The notes beneath the pieces are model-generated. The model was not told the origin of the DNA. It was given only the letters and a program-made list of their open reading frames with translations, and did no database searches. 64,000 bases of DNA from Candidatus Poribacteria bacterium. Its GTDB lineage: Bacteria > Poribacteria > WGA-4E > PCPOR2b. The stretch lies in assembly GCA_965218095.1 (NCBI GenBank), contig OZ244587.1, forward strand, positions 6,144,001 through 6,208,000. The letters are read 5' to 3'. Made by a program: the position numbers and the translations under genes. Below, piece by piece: positions 20,371 to 30,503 of this stretch. The number at the start of each line of letters is the position of its first letter. Positions within the stretch are counted from its first letter, which is position 1.

Positions 20371-21075
20371 TCAGAATCTTGAGGCGCGGTTTCCCCACCC
20401 CAGAAACCGTTCGAGCTCCTGAATTTCTGCGAGTTGAACATCAACAATCGACGTATCCGGACACTCCTTTTCTTCCTCGCCCACCAACCAAGCGGTCCAC
20501 ATCCCCATACTCTTTGCGCCAACCATATCTTGCGAATATGTATCCCCAACATAGATCGTTTCTTCAGGGGAGACACTTAATCCTGATAACGCTGTGTGGA
20601 AAATTCCCGCCTCTGGTTTCGATACACCAACAACAGTTGAATCAATCACAACATCAAATAGTGGTGTGAGGTGATATTCGTCACACCAGCCTTGTGTGTT
20701 TCCAAAGTTGTTGCTGATGACGCCAAGTTGATATCGCTCTCGAAGCGTTGCGAGCCACCGACGGTTTCGATCAAGGAACTCCTTCGCACCTTCGCAGAAG
20801 AAATCTACATACCGGTCTTTCACGTCCGAACCCAGACCGAGCGCATCGTAAGTGCCCGTGGCAATGGCATCCATCGTTTCGCGCAGTGTAAGTTTGGGTG
20901 CTCTTCCGCTAGCGATAAGCCGGTCCACAGAGACACGATCAACCTGATCAAACGTCTTTCGATCAATCTCTGGATATTCCTGCTGGATGAACCGGTAGGT
21001 TCGGTCTCGCCAATGGATACCGTTTCCATCGAGCGTTCCGCCAAAATCGAACAGCAAGGCACGAATCTCCTTCAT
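20371..21075 (-). CDS. HAD-superfamily hydrolase
   Basis: FDFGGTLD, ISN, KPEAGIF, YVGDTYSQD. Confidence 0.9.
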   Translation of the reverse strand: MKEIRALLFDFGGTLDGNGIHWRDRTYRFIQQEYPEIDRKTFDQVDRVSVDRLIASGRAPKLTLRETMDAIATGTYDALGLGSDVKDRYVDFFCEGAKEFLDRNRRWLATLRERYQLGVISNNFGNTQGWCDEYHLTPLFDVVIDSTVVGVSKPEAGIFHTALSGLSVSPEETIYVGDTYSQDMVGAKSMGMWTAWLVGEEEKECPDTSIVDVQLAEIQELERFLGWGNRASRF

Positions 21076-21120
21076 GATTTCAATTCCGTAGTGCGTATTA
21101 CATAAAACGTGGGCTTCCTT

Positions 21121-21619
21121 TCACGTTTTATGCAGCAACCAAAGCGCGGCATTCCGAAGTAACTTCTGATAGGTTGGGTGTTGCAGAATCTCCAGCGTGT
21201 GTCCGTTGGCAAGGCACGCAACACGTCCATTGCCATACTCATACGCCCACCCGGCGACCGATTGTCTCCCATCTTGATCTTGACTGACCAGCAGCATCTC
21301 CACCCGGTCATGATCAAACCAGAGAAAGTGCTGCTCATCCATCGACAATTTCGTAGGATTCAATCCCTGCTGCGATGAGGTGGTTCGTGTTAACCACTTC
21401 CACTTTGAACTTAGCGATTGACGGATGCCCGACGTAATAACCACCCATTGTTCGTCGATAGCCGCCTTTCCAGGGATAAGCCCAACCCGAATTATGAAGC
21501 GGCATAAATCCCCCACCTTTTAAAACAAAACGCTCAATGGCATTTTCTTGCTCTGGCTGCATCCACGCCACCGATCTAGCCAACCGTTAGGATATTCGAT
21601 GCCGTCCTGCAAGATCATA
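21121..21619 (-). pseudogene. Degraded duplicate of the ThuA-like gene at 23300-23962
   Basis: Near-identical peptides (PLHNSGWAYPWKGG; DEQHFLWFD...LANGHTLE) split over frames, 5' end missing. Confidence 0.85.
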
Positions 21620-21636
21620 CTGATTCACTGATTTTC

Positions 21637-23265
21637 CTATTTGCTACGCAGCGGCTCCGAATGCAACCAACCGATCATGCCAATAAGTTCTTCCTGCCGA
21701 TCTTGCATCGCTATTTCGATGATTGCGGGACGATCAGCAGCGAGTGCGTCTTGTAGGACACCCTTGAAATTTGCCAGATCATCGACCCGCGTTGCATAAG
21801 CGCCGAAGGACCTGGCAAACTGGACAAAATCTGGGTTGACTAGATCTGTATCAATGGTGCGTCCGTTGCAGCCCTTTTGCTGTGATCCTTTGATTGCGCT
21901 CAACGCAGTGTCATTCACAACGATTGCCACGACGTTGACCCCGTACATCATTGCCGTTGCCAATTCAGCAGCCCCCATCATGAATCCGCCATCTCCGCTG
22001 AAGCACACGACCGGCTTATCTGGATGCGCGACCTTTGCACCGATTGCAGCAGGAAAGGCGTATCCCAGCGCAACACCAATATTTGGATAGAGGAAGGTTC
22101 GCGGATCGAAGACCGGGAATTCGGCGAACGAAGCGTAGCCGATTGCATGGACATCGACTGAGAAGATTCCATCGTCCGGGAGGACAGCGCGTATCTCCGG
22201 TAACAGGGGCAAGGGTGGTTGGGCGGCAAACTTTTCTTGAATCCGTTCCAGCGGATGGTTCCATGAATCTTTGCCCCCCTTGACCGCTTCGATTAACGCC
22301 CGCAAGGTCAATTTGAGGTCGCCGACGACGCCAACATCGCACGGGTATTCCCGCCCAATTTCCGCCGCGTTCTCATCGATCTGGATTAATGGTCGCGGGA
22401 ATTCGAGGCTCCAATTCCGCGTATCAATCGATGTGAAACGAGGGCCAATGGCGAGTGTGCAATCCGCAATTTGCATCGCCTGGCGTCCTTGGAAGCCATA
22501 AATAATCTGCAGCGCCAGTGGGTGGTCTTCGGGCAGGGCGCCCTTCGCACATCGCGCCACAACAACAGGAGCGTTGAGTTTTTCAGTAAGTTGCTGCAAT
22601 TCCTCACGCGCATCGGAGTGAATGACCGCTGATCCAACAAATAGGATCGGCATCTCTGCCTGATTGAGCGCTTCCATCGCGGATTGGAGGTCAGCGGGGT
22701 CGGGCAACCCAGAGGGTTGTCGGTCAACATGCGGTGGAATGGGGACTTCTCCCTCTCCGGTAACCACGTCCATCGGAAATTCCAGCACGACGGGACCGGG
22801 CCGACCTGTCCGCATCACACGGAACGCATTTTCGACGACTTCAGGAATTTCCTCGATTGTGTGCGCAATCGCGCAATACTTCGTGACAGATTCAAAGAAA
22901 CTCATCTGATCCAAGCCGTGAAACATCTTGCTCGGATGTCTCATGTAAAATTGGGAGTCACTCTGACCGGTAATCAGCAGCACCGGCACGCAATCTGTGA
23001 ATGCCTCCAGGATTCCGGTCGATGCGTTGCTCGCACCGGGGCCAGGGACCGTCAGGGCAACCCCCACTTCTCCTGTGGAACGGGCGTAACCGTCTGCCAT
23101 CTGTGTGGAAGCGTATTCGTGCCGGACAAGGTAGTGATCGATGACACCTGCCCCGCAGCGGAGCAGCGAGTCATAGATCTGTATGTTTTGGGTGCCCGGC
23201 ATGCCAAAAACGCAGCGTATCCCTTGCGCCTTCAAACACTCAATAAGAATATCTCCACCTTTCAT
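21637..23265 (-). CDS. Thiamine-diphosphate-dependent enzyme (ALS/lyase/decarboxylase superfamily)
   Basis: FGMPGTQ, VRHE, GPGASN, GDGGFMM...VVND TPP motif. Confidence 0.92.
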   Translation of the reverse strand: MKGGDILIECLKAQGIRCVFGMPGTQNIQIYDSLLRCGAGVIDHYLVRHEYASTQMADGYARSTGEVGVALTVPGPGASNASTGILEAFTDCVPVLLITGQSDSQFYMRHPSKMFHGLDQMSFFESVTKYCAIAHTIEEIPEVVENAFRVMRTGRPGPVVLEFPMDVVTGEGEVPIPPHVDRQPSGLPDPADLQSAMEALNQAEMPILFVGSAVIHSDAREELQQLTEKLNAPVVVARCAKGALPEDHPLALQIIYGFQGRQAMQIADCTLAIGPRFTSIDTRNWSLEFPRPLIQIDENAAEIGREYPCDVGVVGDLKLTLRALIEAVKGGKDSWNHPLERIQEKFAAQPPLPLLPEIRAVLPDDGIFSVDVHAIGYASFAEFPVFDPRTFLYPNIGVALGYAFPAAIGAKVAHPDKPVVCFSGDGGFMMGAAELATAMMYGVNVVAIVVNDTALSAIKGSQQKGCNGRTIDTDLVNPDFVQFARSFGAYATRVDDLANFKGVLQDALAADRPAIIEIAMQDRQEELIGMIGWLHSEPLRSK

Positions 23266-23299
23266 GAGCACACTCTCCTAAGTTTTATGTCACTAATTT

Positions 23300-23962
23300 T
23301 TACGTTCTGCGCAGCAACCATCGTGTGGCATTGTGAAGCAGCTTTTGATAAGTCGAGTGTTGCAAGACCTCCAACGTGTGTCCGTTGGCAAGGTACACCA
23401 CACGCCCCTTTCCATATTCATAAGCCCAGCCTGCGACTGACTGTCTCCCATCTTGTCCTTGACTGATCAGCAGCACTTCCACCCGGTCGTAATCGAACCA
23501 GAGAAAGTGTTGCTCATCGACGATCTCGTAGGACTCCACCCCTGCCGTGATAGGATGGCTCTTGTTGACCACTTCTACCTTGAACTGGGCAATCGCCGGA
23601 TGCCCGACATAATAACCGCCCATCGTTCGTCGATAGCTGCCCTTCCAGGGGTAACCCCAGCCTGAATTGTGAAGCGGCATAAATCCCCCGCCGGCCAGGA
23701 CAAATTGCTCGATGGCACCCTCTTGCTCCGGCTGCATCCACGCCACCGGCCCAGCTTCCTGACCGTTGGGAAATTCCATGCCGTCGCGCAGAATGACGAA
23801 GAGATCCTTATCAGCAAGCATTTCGCGACCGAGTGCGGCAAAGTCAGTTGTGTATTCAACCTCTATCCCTTCTTTTCTCAGGACGGATCCGACACCCTCA
23901 AAGGCATCGTTTGCGTCATGATAATTATCGCCTGCGAGAATTAACGCTTTTGTAGTTCCCAT
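23300..23962 (-). CDS. ThuA-like (class I GATase fold) protein
   Basis: GDNYHD, GGGFMPLHN, HPIT, DEQH, YGKGRVVYLANGH. Confidence 0.85.
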   Translation of the reverse strand: MGTTKALILAGDNYHDANDAFEGVGSVLRKEGIEVEYTTDFAALGREMLADKDLFVILRDGMEFPNGQEAGPVAWMQPEQEGAIEQFVLAGGGFMPLHNSGWGYPWKGSYRRTMGGYYVGHPAIAQFKVEVVNKSHPITAGVESYEIVDEQHFLWFDYDRVEVLLISQGQDGRQSVAGWAYEYGKGRVVYLANGHTLEVLQHSTYQKLLHNATRWLLRRT

Positions 23963-24013
23963 GTACCTGGTTCCTTTCGCCGTTTGGCAGCTCAGTTGTC
24001 AACCCCGACGCAA

Positions 24014-24784
24014 TTAGCCTTTCAATTCAAGCGCTGTAATGTCCTCCACCATCCCCCGGATGCGCAGACGGTCACTGTTTACAAACGCCGGATTGGGTTT
24101 CAGGGTGTAGGGCGACCAACGCTGCAGAGAGGCGATGTGCGCATCGGTCGTCGGCTTCGCGGCGAATTTCAGGGCGATATAGCGGCGGCCCACAAAACCA
24201 CCGAACATGCCGTGCCAGAGACAATGATTGAAGAACACAACATCCCCCGGCTGGGCTTCGAGAGGGAAGCACGGCAACTCTGCGCCGGTGACGCCGAAGG
24301 TCTTCGGGCACGAATCCGCTTTCTGGGCGATGAGCGGCTGAAGATCTGTATGAAGCGGCAACCGATGTGAGCCCGGTATAACGCGCAAGCAGCCTCGTTC
24401 TTTCGTCACCGGATCGAGATAGATCATGACCTTGATCCGTATGTAATCAACCTCCGCTACGCCTTGCCGGTCGGCGTGCCAGCGGTGCTCGCCGTGAGTG
24501 GTGAGGTTGCCCTCAGAACCGGACCAGATAAAGTCCATCGGCATCAACTGTTCAACCACTTTGTAGATGCGGTCATTTTCGACAAGCTCCGTAAAGAAAG
24601 GGTTGTGCTCGACAATGGTGGTCACGCCTTGTTCTTCGCCCGCGAAAGGTTTGCCGCCCCGTTCTTCGGTCATCACTTTGTCGAACTCACGGATAATCGC
24701 TTCCATCTCGTCCGGCGGAAAATAACCCCGCAGAAAGAGAAAACCAAAGGTGTCGAAATATGACTCCTGTTCTGGTGTCAGCAT
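24014..24784 (-). CDS. Phytanoyl-CoA dioxygenase (PhyH) family Fe(II)/2OG enzyme
   Basis: WHAD, GCLRVIPGSH, PGDVVFFNHCLWHG. Confidence 0.92.
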   Translation of the reverse strand: MLTPEQESYFDTFGFLFLRGYFPPDEMEAIIREFDKVMTEERGGKPFAGEEQGVTTIVEHNPFFTELVENDRIYKVVEQLMPMDFIWSGSEGNLTTHGEHRWHADRQGVAEVDYIRIKVMIYLDPVTKERGCLRVIPGSHRLPLHTDLQPLIAQKADSCPKTFGVTGAELPCFPLEAQPGDVVFFNHCLWHGMFGGFVGRRYIALKFAAKPTTDAHIASLQRWSPYTLKPNPAFVNSDRLRIRGMVEDITALELKG

Positions 24785-24883
24785 TGTGTGTCTCCTTTTA
24801 GTTTTTCAACTTTGTCATTCTGGATTTTTTGGAACCTACTTATGAGACGTGATGCGTAATGCGTAACTTGTTGATTCTTCGAT

Positions 24884-25858
24884 TCACAGATTCTGACGCG
24901 CTAAAACTGATGCCCCGATGACGCCAGCGTTGTCACCGAGCTTCGCCATGACAATCTGAACGCCTTCCATCGTCGTAGGCAAAGCATATTCGGCTGTGGC
25001 CTGGCAAATCAGCTCTAGGAAACTCTCCCCCATCGCTTCGATGACCCCTCCACCAAGCACAATCATCTCAGGGTTCAGGAAGTGGACAATCGAGGCAACA
25101 CCGATTCCTAAATATTTGCCAGCCTGTTGCATAACCTTAATCGTCAGTTTGTCGCCTCGCTCGACAGCTTCTGCTAAGGCGCGACTCCGAATCAAATCTA
25201 GCTTTCCACCATTCAGTTTGGGAAGGATGCTCTTCTTCCCTTTTTTCAGAATGGCTTTCTGAAGGCGCCTAGTAATCGCGGTACGGCTTGCGACAGCTTC
25301 CAGACAACCGAAGGCGCCACAGCCACACCGGGGACCATTTGCTTTCACAATGATATGACCGACTTCACCCGCGGTTTTGCTGGCGCCGTGAAAAAGCTTG
25401 CCATCTAAGATAATTCCACCACCAATCCCCGTGCCGACGAAAATCCCGACGATGTTTTTAACCCCTTGCCCGGCCCCTAAGGCGGACTCGCCGAGCGTTC
25501 CCACATTGACATCATTATCAACAAAGGTAGGGATACCAAGATCGGCTTCAAGTTTCGCTTTGAGGGGCACGTTTGACCAACCAAGATTGGGCGCGAAGAT
25601 AATGATGCCTGTCTCCGGATCGAGCGGGCCAGGCGATCCGACGCCCATTGCACGAATTTGGGAGGTTTCAAGTTCTGCGCGATCAATTGCTTCACGGATA
25701 CATCGCGCAATCCGATTGATCACTTTATCCGGAGCTTTCTTTGCCTTTGTCGCTGTTTTGGATTGGGAGACGACTTTTCCCTCGCCATTAATGACAGCAG
25801 CAAGAATCTTCGTACCTCCCATATCTACCCCGACAACATAATCGTCATTCATTACCAT
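24884..25858 (-). CDS. ROK family sugar kinase (glucokinase-like)
   Basis: DMGGTK, DNDVN, GTGIGGG, GEVGH, CGCGAFGCLE. Confidence 0.93.
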   Translation of the reverse strand: MVMNDDYVVGVDMGGTKILAAVINGEGKVVSQSKTATKAKKAPDKVINRIARCIREAIDRAELETSQIRAMGVGSPGPLDPETGIIIFAPNLGWSNVPLKAKLEADLGIPTFVDNDVNVGTLGESALGAGQGVKNIVGIFVGTGIGGGIILDGKLFHGASKTAGEVGHIIVKANGPRCGCGAFGCLEAVASRTAITRRLQKAILKKGKKSILPKLNGGKLDLIRSRALAEAVERGDKLTIKVMQQAGKYLGIGVASIVHFLNPEMIVLGGGVIEAMGESFLELICQATAEYALPTTMEGVQIVMAKLGDNAGVIGASVLARQNL

Positions 25859-25908
25859 TCTTTAGACTCCTTCAGGTTCTGGTTTTGGCCGCCTTCTCTC
25901 CCAATTTC

Positions 25909-26577
25909 CTAATTTCCCGTCTCGCTCGTAAACACATTCAGAAGCGCCACGCCGCGTTCATATTTCGATTGGGAAGTCGGGATCAAATCGTATTGTTGAG
26001 ATAATGCGTCAGCGATCTGTTGTAGGAACATAGCTTCACCATCTTTGAGTTCTAACTCAATGCTATACTCCTGAACAGATTGCGTTTTATCCACATCTGC
26101 ATACCGCACCGGGTCAAGACAAACTTCGACACATCCCGCATCAGAATTTATGCGCCACGTTTCACGGATATTTTCGACATGTAGGACGGGAAATATGTCC
26201 TCTCCCTTCAGATGACTCACAGCCGCTTCGATAGCCTCAACATGAATCTTCTCAAGATTTCCACTTAAGAGCGCTTGCGCCTGTTGGTCCGTAATCGGCA
26301 TTTCAAGCTCTGTACGTATATAAACCCCTTTGGTTTGGGTTTTGAATGTAACGAGTTGTGTCCCTTCCCCGATGGCTCGGGATGCGAGCCCCCTCTTCCT
26401 GAGCCGCAAAGAGGCACCATGCCGTAAGAGGGTTCCGGTCGTCGTGTCGAGATAGGTATCCTGTTGTGGGATATTCGTCTGATCCGAAAGTGTATAACCT
26501 GCCACTTGTTTCTGCGATCGAATCTGATCGAATACCTGTGGCGATGTTGCCTGAAATTTTGCTTCAACTTCGATCAT
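25909..26577 (-). CDS. CYTH domain protein
   Basis: EVEAKF, DTYLDT, LRLR, ELELK, SKYERG. Confidence 0.88.
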   Translation of the reverse strand: MIEVEAKFQATSPQVFDQIRSQKQVAGYTLSDQTNIPQQDTYLDTTTGTLLRHGASLRLRKRGLASRAIGEGTQLVTFKTQTKGVYIRTELEMPITDQQAQALLSGNLEKIHVEAIEAAVSHLKGEDIFPVLHVENIRETWRINSDAGCVEVCLDPVRYADVDKTQSVQEYSIELELKDGEAMFLQQIADALSQQYDLIPTSQSKYERGVALLNVFTSETGN

Positions 26578-26808
26578 TATCTGGGATGTTTCCTTATCTG
26601 GGGTTTACCAACTCGCGTCTGATACTGTGTCTGAAAGGTGGAAAAGGCAGAAACCGGATTTTTGTTGTGCCGCAGCCCAAGGCGTGCCGAAAGGCAGTTT
26701 TCGAGTGCGCAGCCCCCCTGTGGGCGGTATGAAAAACTCGGTTTCTCCGCTCTAATGAGACTTCTCAAACAGGCTCTGATATATCCGCCCCGTAACCTTA
26801 CCTCCTTT

Positions 26809-27285
26809 TCAGTGCTCTGAAAGCCTAGACATGAGTGCTTTCCTGAATTTCTTCTTGGACAATACTTTCTTTGCAACCTTTTTTCGCAATTTCTTCCCGA
26901 AGATTTTCGCAAGTTCTGAGTTAGTCTCTTGAGCGATCTGTTGTGTCACGTCTGGATTTTGGAGAATTACTTCCGCAAACTGGCGAGCGAGTTGACGTGT
27001 ATCGCCGGACTCTGGCGAATCGTCAGAAACTTCGACAGCCTGTGATCCTGGCTTGGGGGGGGCTATCTGTTCAGGTTTGATCGCCATCTTCGCAGACTCA
27101 ATAATTCGGTTTGCTCTCCCCACCACGAGCCCGATTTTTTCGTTGATCTCTTCGGACGTTGCTGATGCGACCTGTGCGCGGGATGTATATCCAGCTTTCT
27201 GTAGTTTGTCTCCAATAACGGGGCCAACCCTGTGAATGGCTTGAAGATTATCCATAAGTATCGTACTCCCTTGATTTTGTTCCAA
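26809..27285 (-). CDS. Helix-hairpin-helix domain protein with basic tail
   Basis: LQAIHRVGPVIGDKLQKAGY; Lys-rich C-terminus. Confidence 0.65.
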   Translation of the reverse strand: MEQNQGSTILMDNLQAIHRVGPVIGDKLQKAGYTSRAQVASATSEEINEKIGLVVGRANRIIESAKMAIKPEQIAPPKPGSQAVEVSDDSPESGDTRQLARQFAEVILQNPDVTQQIAQETNSELAKIFGKKLRKKVAKKVLSKKKFRKALMSRLSEH

Positions 27286-27312
27286 ATTCTAAATTTGGGG
27301 TATATTGACGAA

Positions 27313-28437
27313 TCATCTGATCAACGTGTTCACTGTGAAAAATGTCCGCTGTGGGTAGATGTCCTGAAGGATTGAAATCGCTGAATCCGTATAGATGGCA
27401 TCGACACAACAGCCACGGATCCGAACCATGCCTTCAATGTCCGCACGCATATACGGATCGGTACTCACCGCCTTGTTCCAAACACTCCCAAGTATCCCAC
27501 GTGGTTTAATCGCCTTCGGATCATGCCCGAAAGCACACCGCTCAATCTCAAACTGATTGAATAGTAGCTCCACCTGTGATGCTTCCTCCCACCAGCGGCG
27601 CGTACCAACCGGACTTGTTAGCGAGCGATAGGGTTCTAACAGCGGGCGATCAGATCGTCCCGCCCGCCGGAGGGTATCAAACTGATCATTCAGGTCGTCG
27701 ATGCCACCATCAAACCCGATTGGCGGCCCGGCGTGGAACAAGCCCCATTCCTCTTCCCGATAAGCAACCGGCAGTCGCTCAATCCATTCTAGCGTTCCGT
27801 CTTCCTCAATGGTGCGAAGAAACACACGCCATGCTCGCCAGAGGTCTGGGGTGAAGTTGGGCTGGTTAAACCCCCATCGCTGTGTTGCGCGCCGAATCAG
27901 TGAATCTGAATCGTGATCTGATTTCGCTACCGCCTGATAAATCCCTGCGATCGCCTGCGTCGAGATTGGGGCAATTTGCAGACAGTGCAACAGATTATCC
28001 AATTCCCCGCTTACCACCGCCCATGAAGCAACCGTCTGCCAGTGTTCGGGATTTGCCAACCATTCCTGGCGATGACGGTTGTCGTGAATGGCGTGCAGCA
28101 GGAGGATCTCGTGGTTTCCGAGAAGCGCAATAACCTAGTCAGGAATCTGTCGTTCCAGCGCTCGGATCAGATCGATGACCCGCTTGGAATCGGGGGCGCT
28201 TGCGACGTAATCTCCCAGGAGAAACAGACGCGCCTCTCCACCGATCCACTGATTGCTTTCATCGATTAGCTGTGCATGCAGAAGCAGGTTACGAAAAGCT
28301 TGGTAGTTGCCGTGGATGTCTGAAATGATATACCATAGACGCCTTTCAGATTGTGGATTATACATCGTGGATTTTATCATCATGCGTGAAACGTGAGTGT
28401 AATCCGTAAAACGTAATTCACTTATTTGTCGATTCAC
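27313..28437 (-). pseudogene. Metallophosphoesterase with one in-frame TAG (28135-28137)
   Basis: SDIHG, LGDYV, QIPD*VIALLGNHE, FHAG, FGHD in one frame. Confidence 0.8.
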
Positions 28438-28746
28438 TTCAAATTATTTTGACTTTGTTAGATTAAAAGAGCTCATCGGCAGATCGACTGCTGGCTCGCC
28501 CCTCAATCTTACTTTTACCCACAAGTTTTTATTTTCGCGCCATTGCGCGCCACAAGCGGATTCCAGCGCACAGGAGGAGTGGGGGTGTTGGGAGATTGGG
28601 GTGGAATTATATCCCAACACCCCTTCACCCCAACATCCGATTTTCCGAATCGGAACGGGGGTTTGCTTGGTGACCAATCCCCGGATGAAAAGATCTGGGT
28701 AAAGATAAGGAATTGAGGGCCGGGGGGCGAATGTAACAAAATCAAA

Positions 28747-29241
28747 TTATTGTGTCAGTTCTTTGGGATACCATAAATTTATCAACTCCCCTTCCACTTT
28801 ATCATTCAATTCCTCCCACCGTCCGATGGGGAGCAAAATATGGGCAATTGCTGCCGTCAGCATAGTTTCTACGTGACCGGTCAATCTTCCGATCAACTCT
28901 TCCATTCCAGGGTTATGCCCTACCACCATAACCCGCCGGCAATCGTCTGACAGGTTACACAAAACAGAGATGTACGCTTCTGGCCCAGCGTGATAGAACG
29001 CCGGCGTTGATTCGACCTCACCTGCATAACCACCGGCTTTTGCTACCGCCTGGGCTGTTTTTCGCGCACGCTTGGCGGTTGAACTGATGATCTTGTCAGG
29101 CGTCAATCCCTGCTTTCGCAGCAATTTTCCTATGCGCGGCGCATCCCGTTTGCCACGCTTATTGAGCGGCCGATCATGGTCGGCCAGCAATGGTTCTTTC
29201 CAACTTGACTTTGCATGCCGTAAAATCAGCAATGTTTTCAT
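28747..29241 (-). CDS. sixA: SixA-like histidine phosphatase
   Basis: LRHAKSSW, DHDRPL, SSTAKRA, VGHNP. Confidence 0.88.
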   Translation of the reverse strand: MKTLLILRHAKSSWKEPLLADHDRPLNKRGKRDAPRIGKLLRKQGLTPDKIISSTAKRARKTAQAVAKAGGYAGEVESTPAFYHAGPEAYISVLCNLSDDCRRVMVVGHNPGMEELIGRLTGHVETMLTAAIAHILLPIGRWEELNDKVEGELINLWYPKELTQ

Positions 29242-29295
29242 TCGAGCCTCTTGGGCGCGTGATTCGTGAAACGTGAATTTTTCAAATTGTAGGAG

Positions 29296-30264
29296 TTATG
29301 CAGATTTGCCGACCTCCACAAAACGATCATACATTACGCCGTACCGTACTCCACGGGTACTTACGTGGATATGCTCAACGCCGAGGTGCTTTAAGATACT
29401 GTGGAGGATGGCTGCCCCCGCGATGATGATGTCGGCACGTTTTGCTTCCAGCCCCGGAAGCTGTAGGCGATCGGCCAGGGACCTGGCGCGAAATCGCTGA
29501 ATCTGGCCTGCAATCTCCTGTAGACTGAGGGTTTCCCTATGTATCCGCTGGGGGTCATGCTCGGTCAACCCAAGTTTAACGGAAGCCAGGTTCACCAGTG
29601 TGCCACCAATCCCAACAGGAACAGAGGGTTTTCGCATCGGATTTGTCGGAAAAAGAACCTGCGCTGACAGGGTTTCTTCAACGAAAGCATTCAATGCACC
29701 AAACTCATCATCGGTTGGCGAATCACTTTTGAGGAAGTGATCCGTGAGATAAACCGCCCCCAGGTTAACGCTCAAATGTGTCTCTAATTCCTTCCCACCA
29801 AATACAAACTCTGTACTTCCGCCACCAATGTCAATCAAAACGAGATCATCGGTGTCGAAAGCATGGAAATCTTTATCGGTGCGTATTGCCAGATAGGAGA
29901 AACGCGCTTCCGTCTTTCCTGAAATCACTTCGATATCCAGATCAAGACCATTTTTGACAAGACTGGTAAAATCATCCGCGTTGGTCCCTTCCCGAAGCAC
30001 GCTTGTCCCAACAGCGATAACCTCCTCAACGCCAAAAGTTCGCGCCTGTGAGAGGTAACCCTGGATCGCCGCACAGGTTCGATCCATCGCGGTTCTTTGG
30101 AGTTGATAGGTTGAGTGCATCCCTTGACCGAGCCGCGTGACCTCCGCAACATCAAACACAACGTCATGTTTCCGTCTTTTCGCATCGATTTTGCAGATCA
30201 GCATCAGGACAGAATTCGTGCCGATGTCAATCACGGCATAGCGGTTGTTATGTTTCTTTTGCAT
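29296..30264 (-). CDS. ppx: Ppx/GppA exopolyphosphatase (short form)
   Basis: IDIGTNSV, DIGGGSTE, RADIIIAG, GVRYG. Confidence 0.9.
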   Translation of the reverse strand: MQKKHNNRYAVIDIGTNSVLMLICKIDAKRRKHDVVFDVAEVTRLGQGMHSTYQLQRTAMDRTCAAIQGYLSQARTFGVEEVIAVGTSVLREGTNADDFTSLVKNGLDLDIEVISGKTEARFSYLAIRTDKDFHAFDTDDLVLIDIGGGSTEFVFGGKELETHLSVNLGAVYLTDHFLKSDSPTDDEFGALNAFVEETLSAQVLFPTNPMRKPSVPVGIGGTLVNLASVKLGLTEHDPQRIHRETLSLQEIAGQIQRFRARSLADRLQLPGLEAKRADIIIAGAAILHSILKHLGVEHIHVSTRGVRYGVMYDRFVEVGKSA

Positions 30265-30375
30265 TGATCTGAACTCCGAAGGTACGTGAAACGTGATGCG
30301 TAAAACGAATCCTTCCCTTCCTTCCGCTCAATGGACAAACCTAAGTAGTTCATTGCTTAAATTCGACGAGGGTTT

Positions 30376-30458
30376 GTAGTCGCGCAATTTGAGCGTAGCG
30401 AAATCGCGATCCATCGAGGTCATTGCGCGTTTTAACGGGCGATGAATCGCCCGACTAC
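30376..30458. repeat. GTAG-type REP doublet with nested 31-bp mini-element (30389-30419)
   Basis: Removing ttgagcgtagcgaaatcgcgatccatcgagg restores CGCGCAAT-TC-ATTGCGCG; second hairpin GGGCGATGAATCGCCC-GACTAC. Confidence 0.85.
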
Positions 30459-30503
30459 GAACCAACCCCATACGGACTTGTGACATGGACCACGAAGTCA
30501 GCA

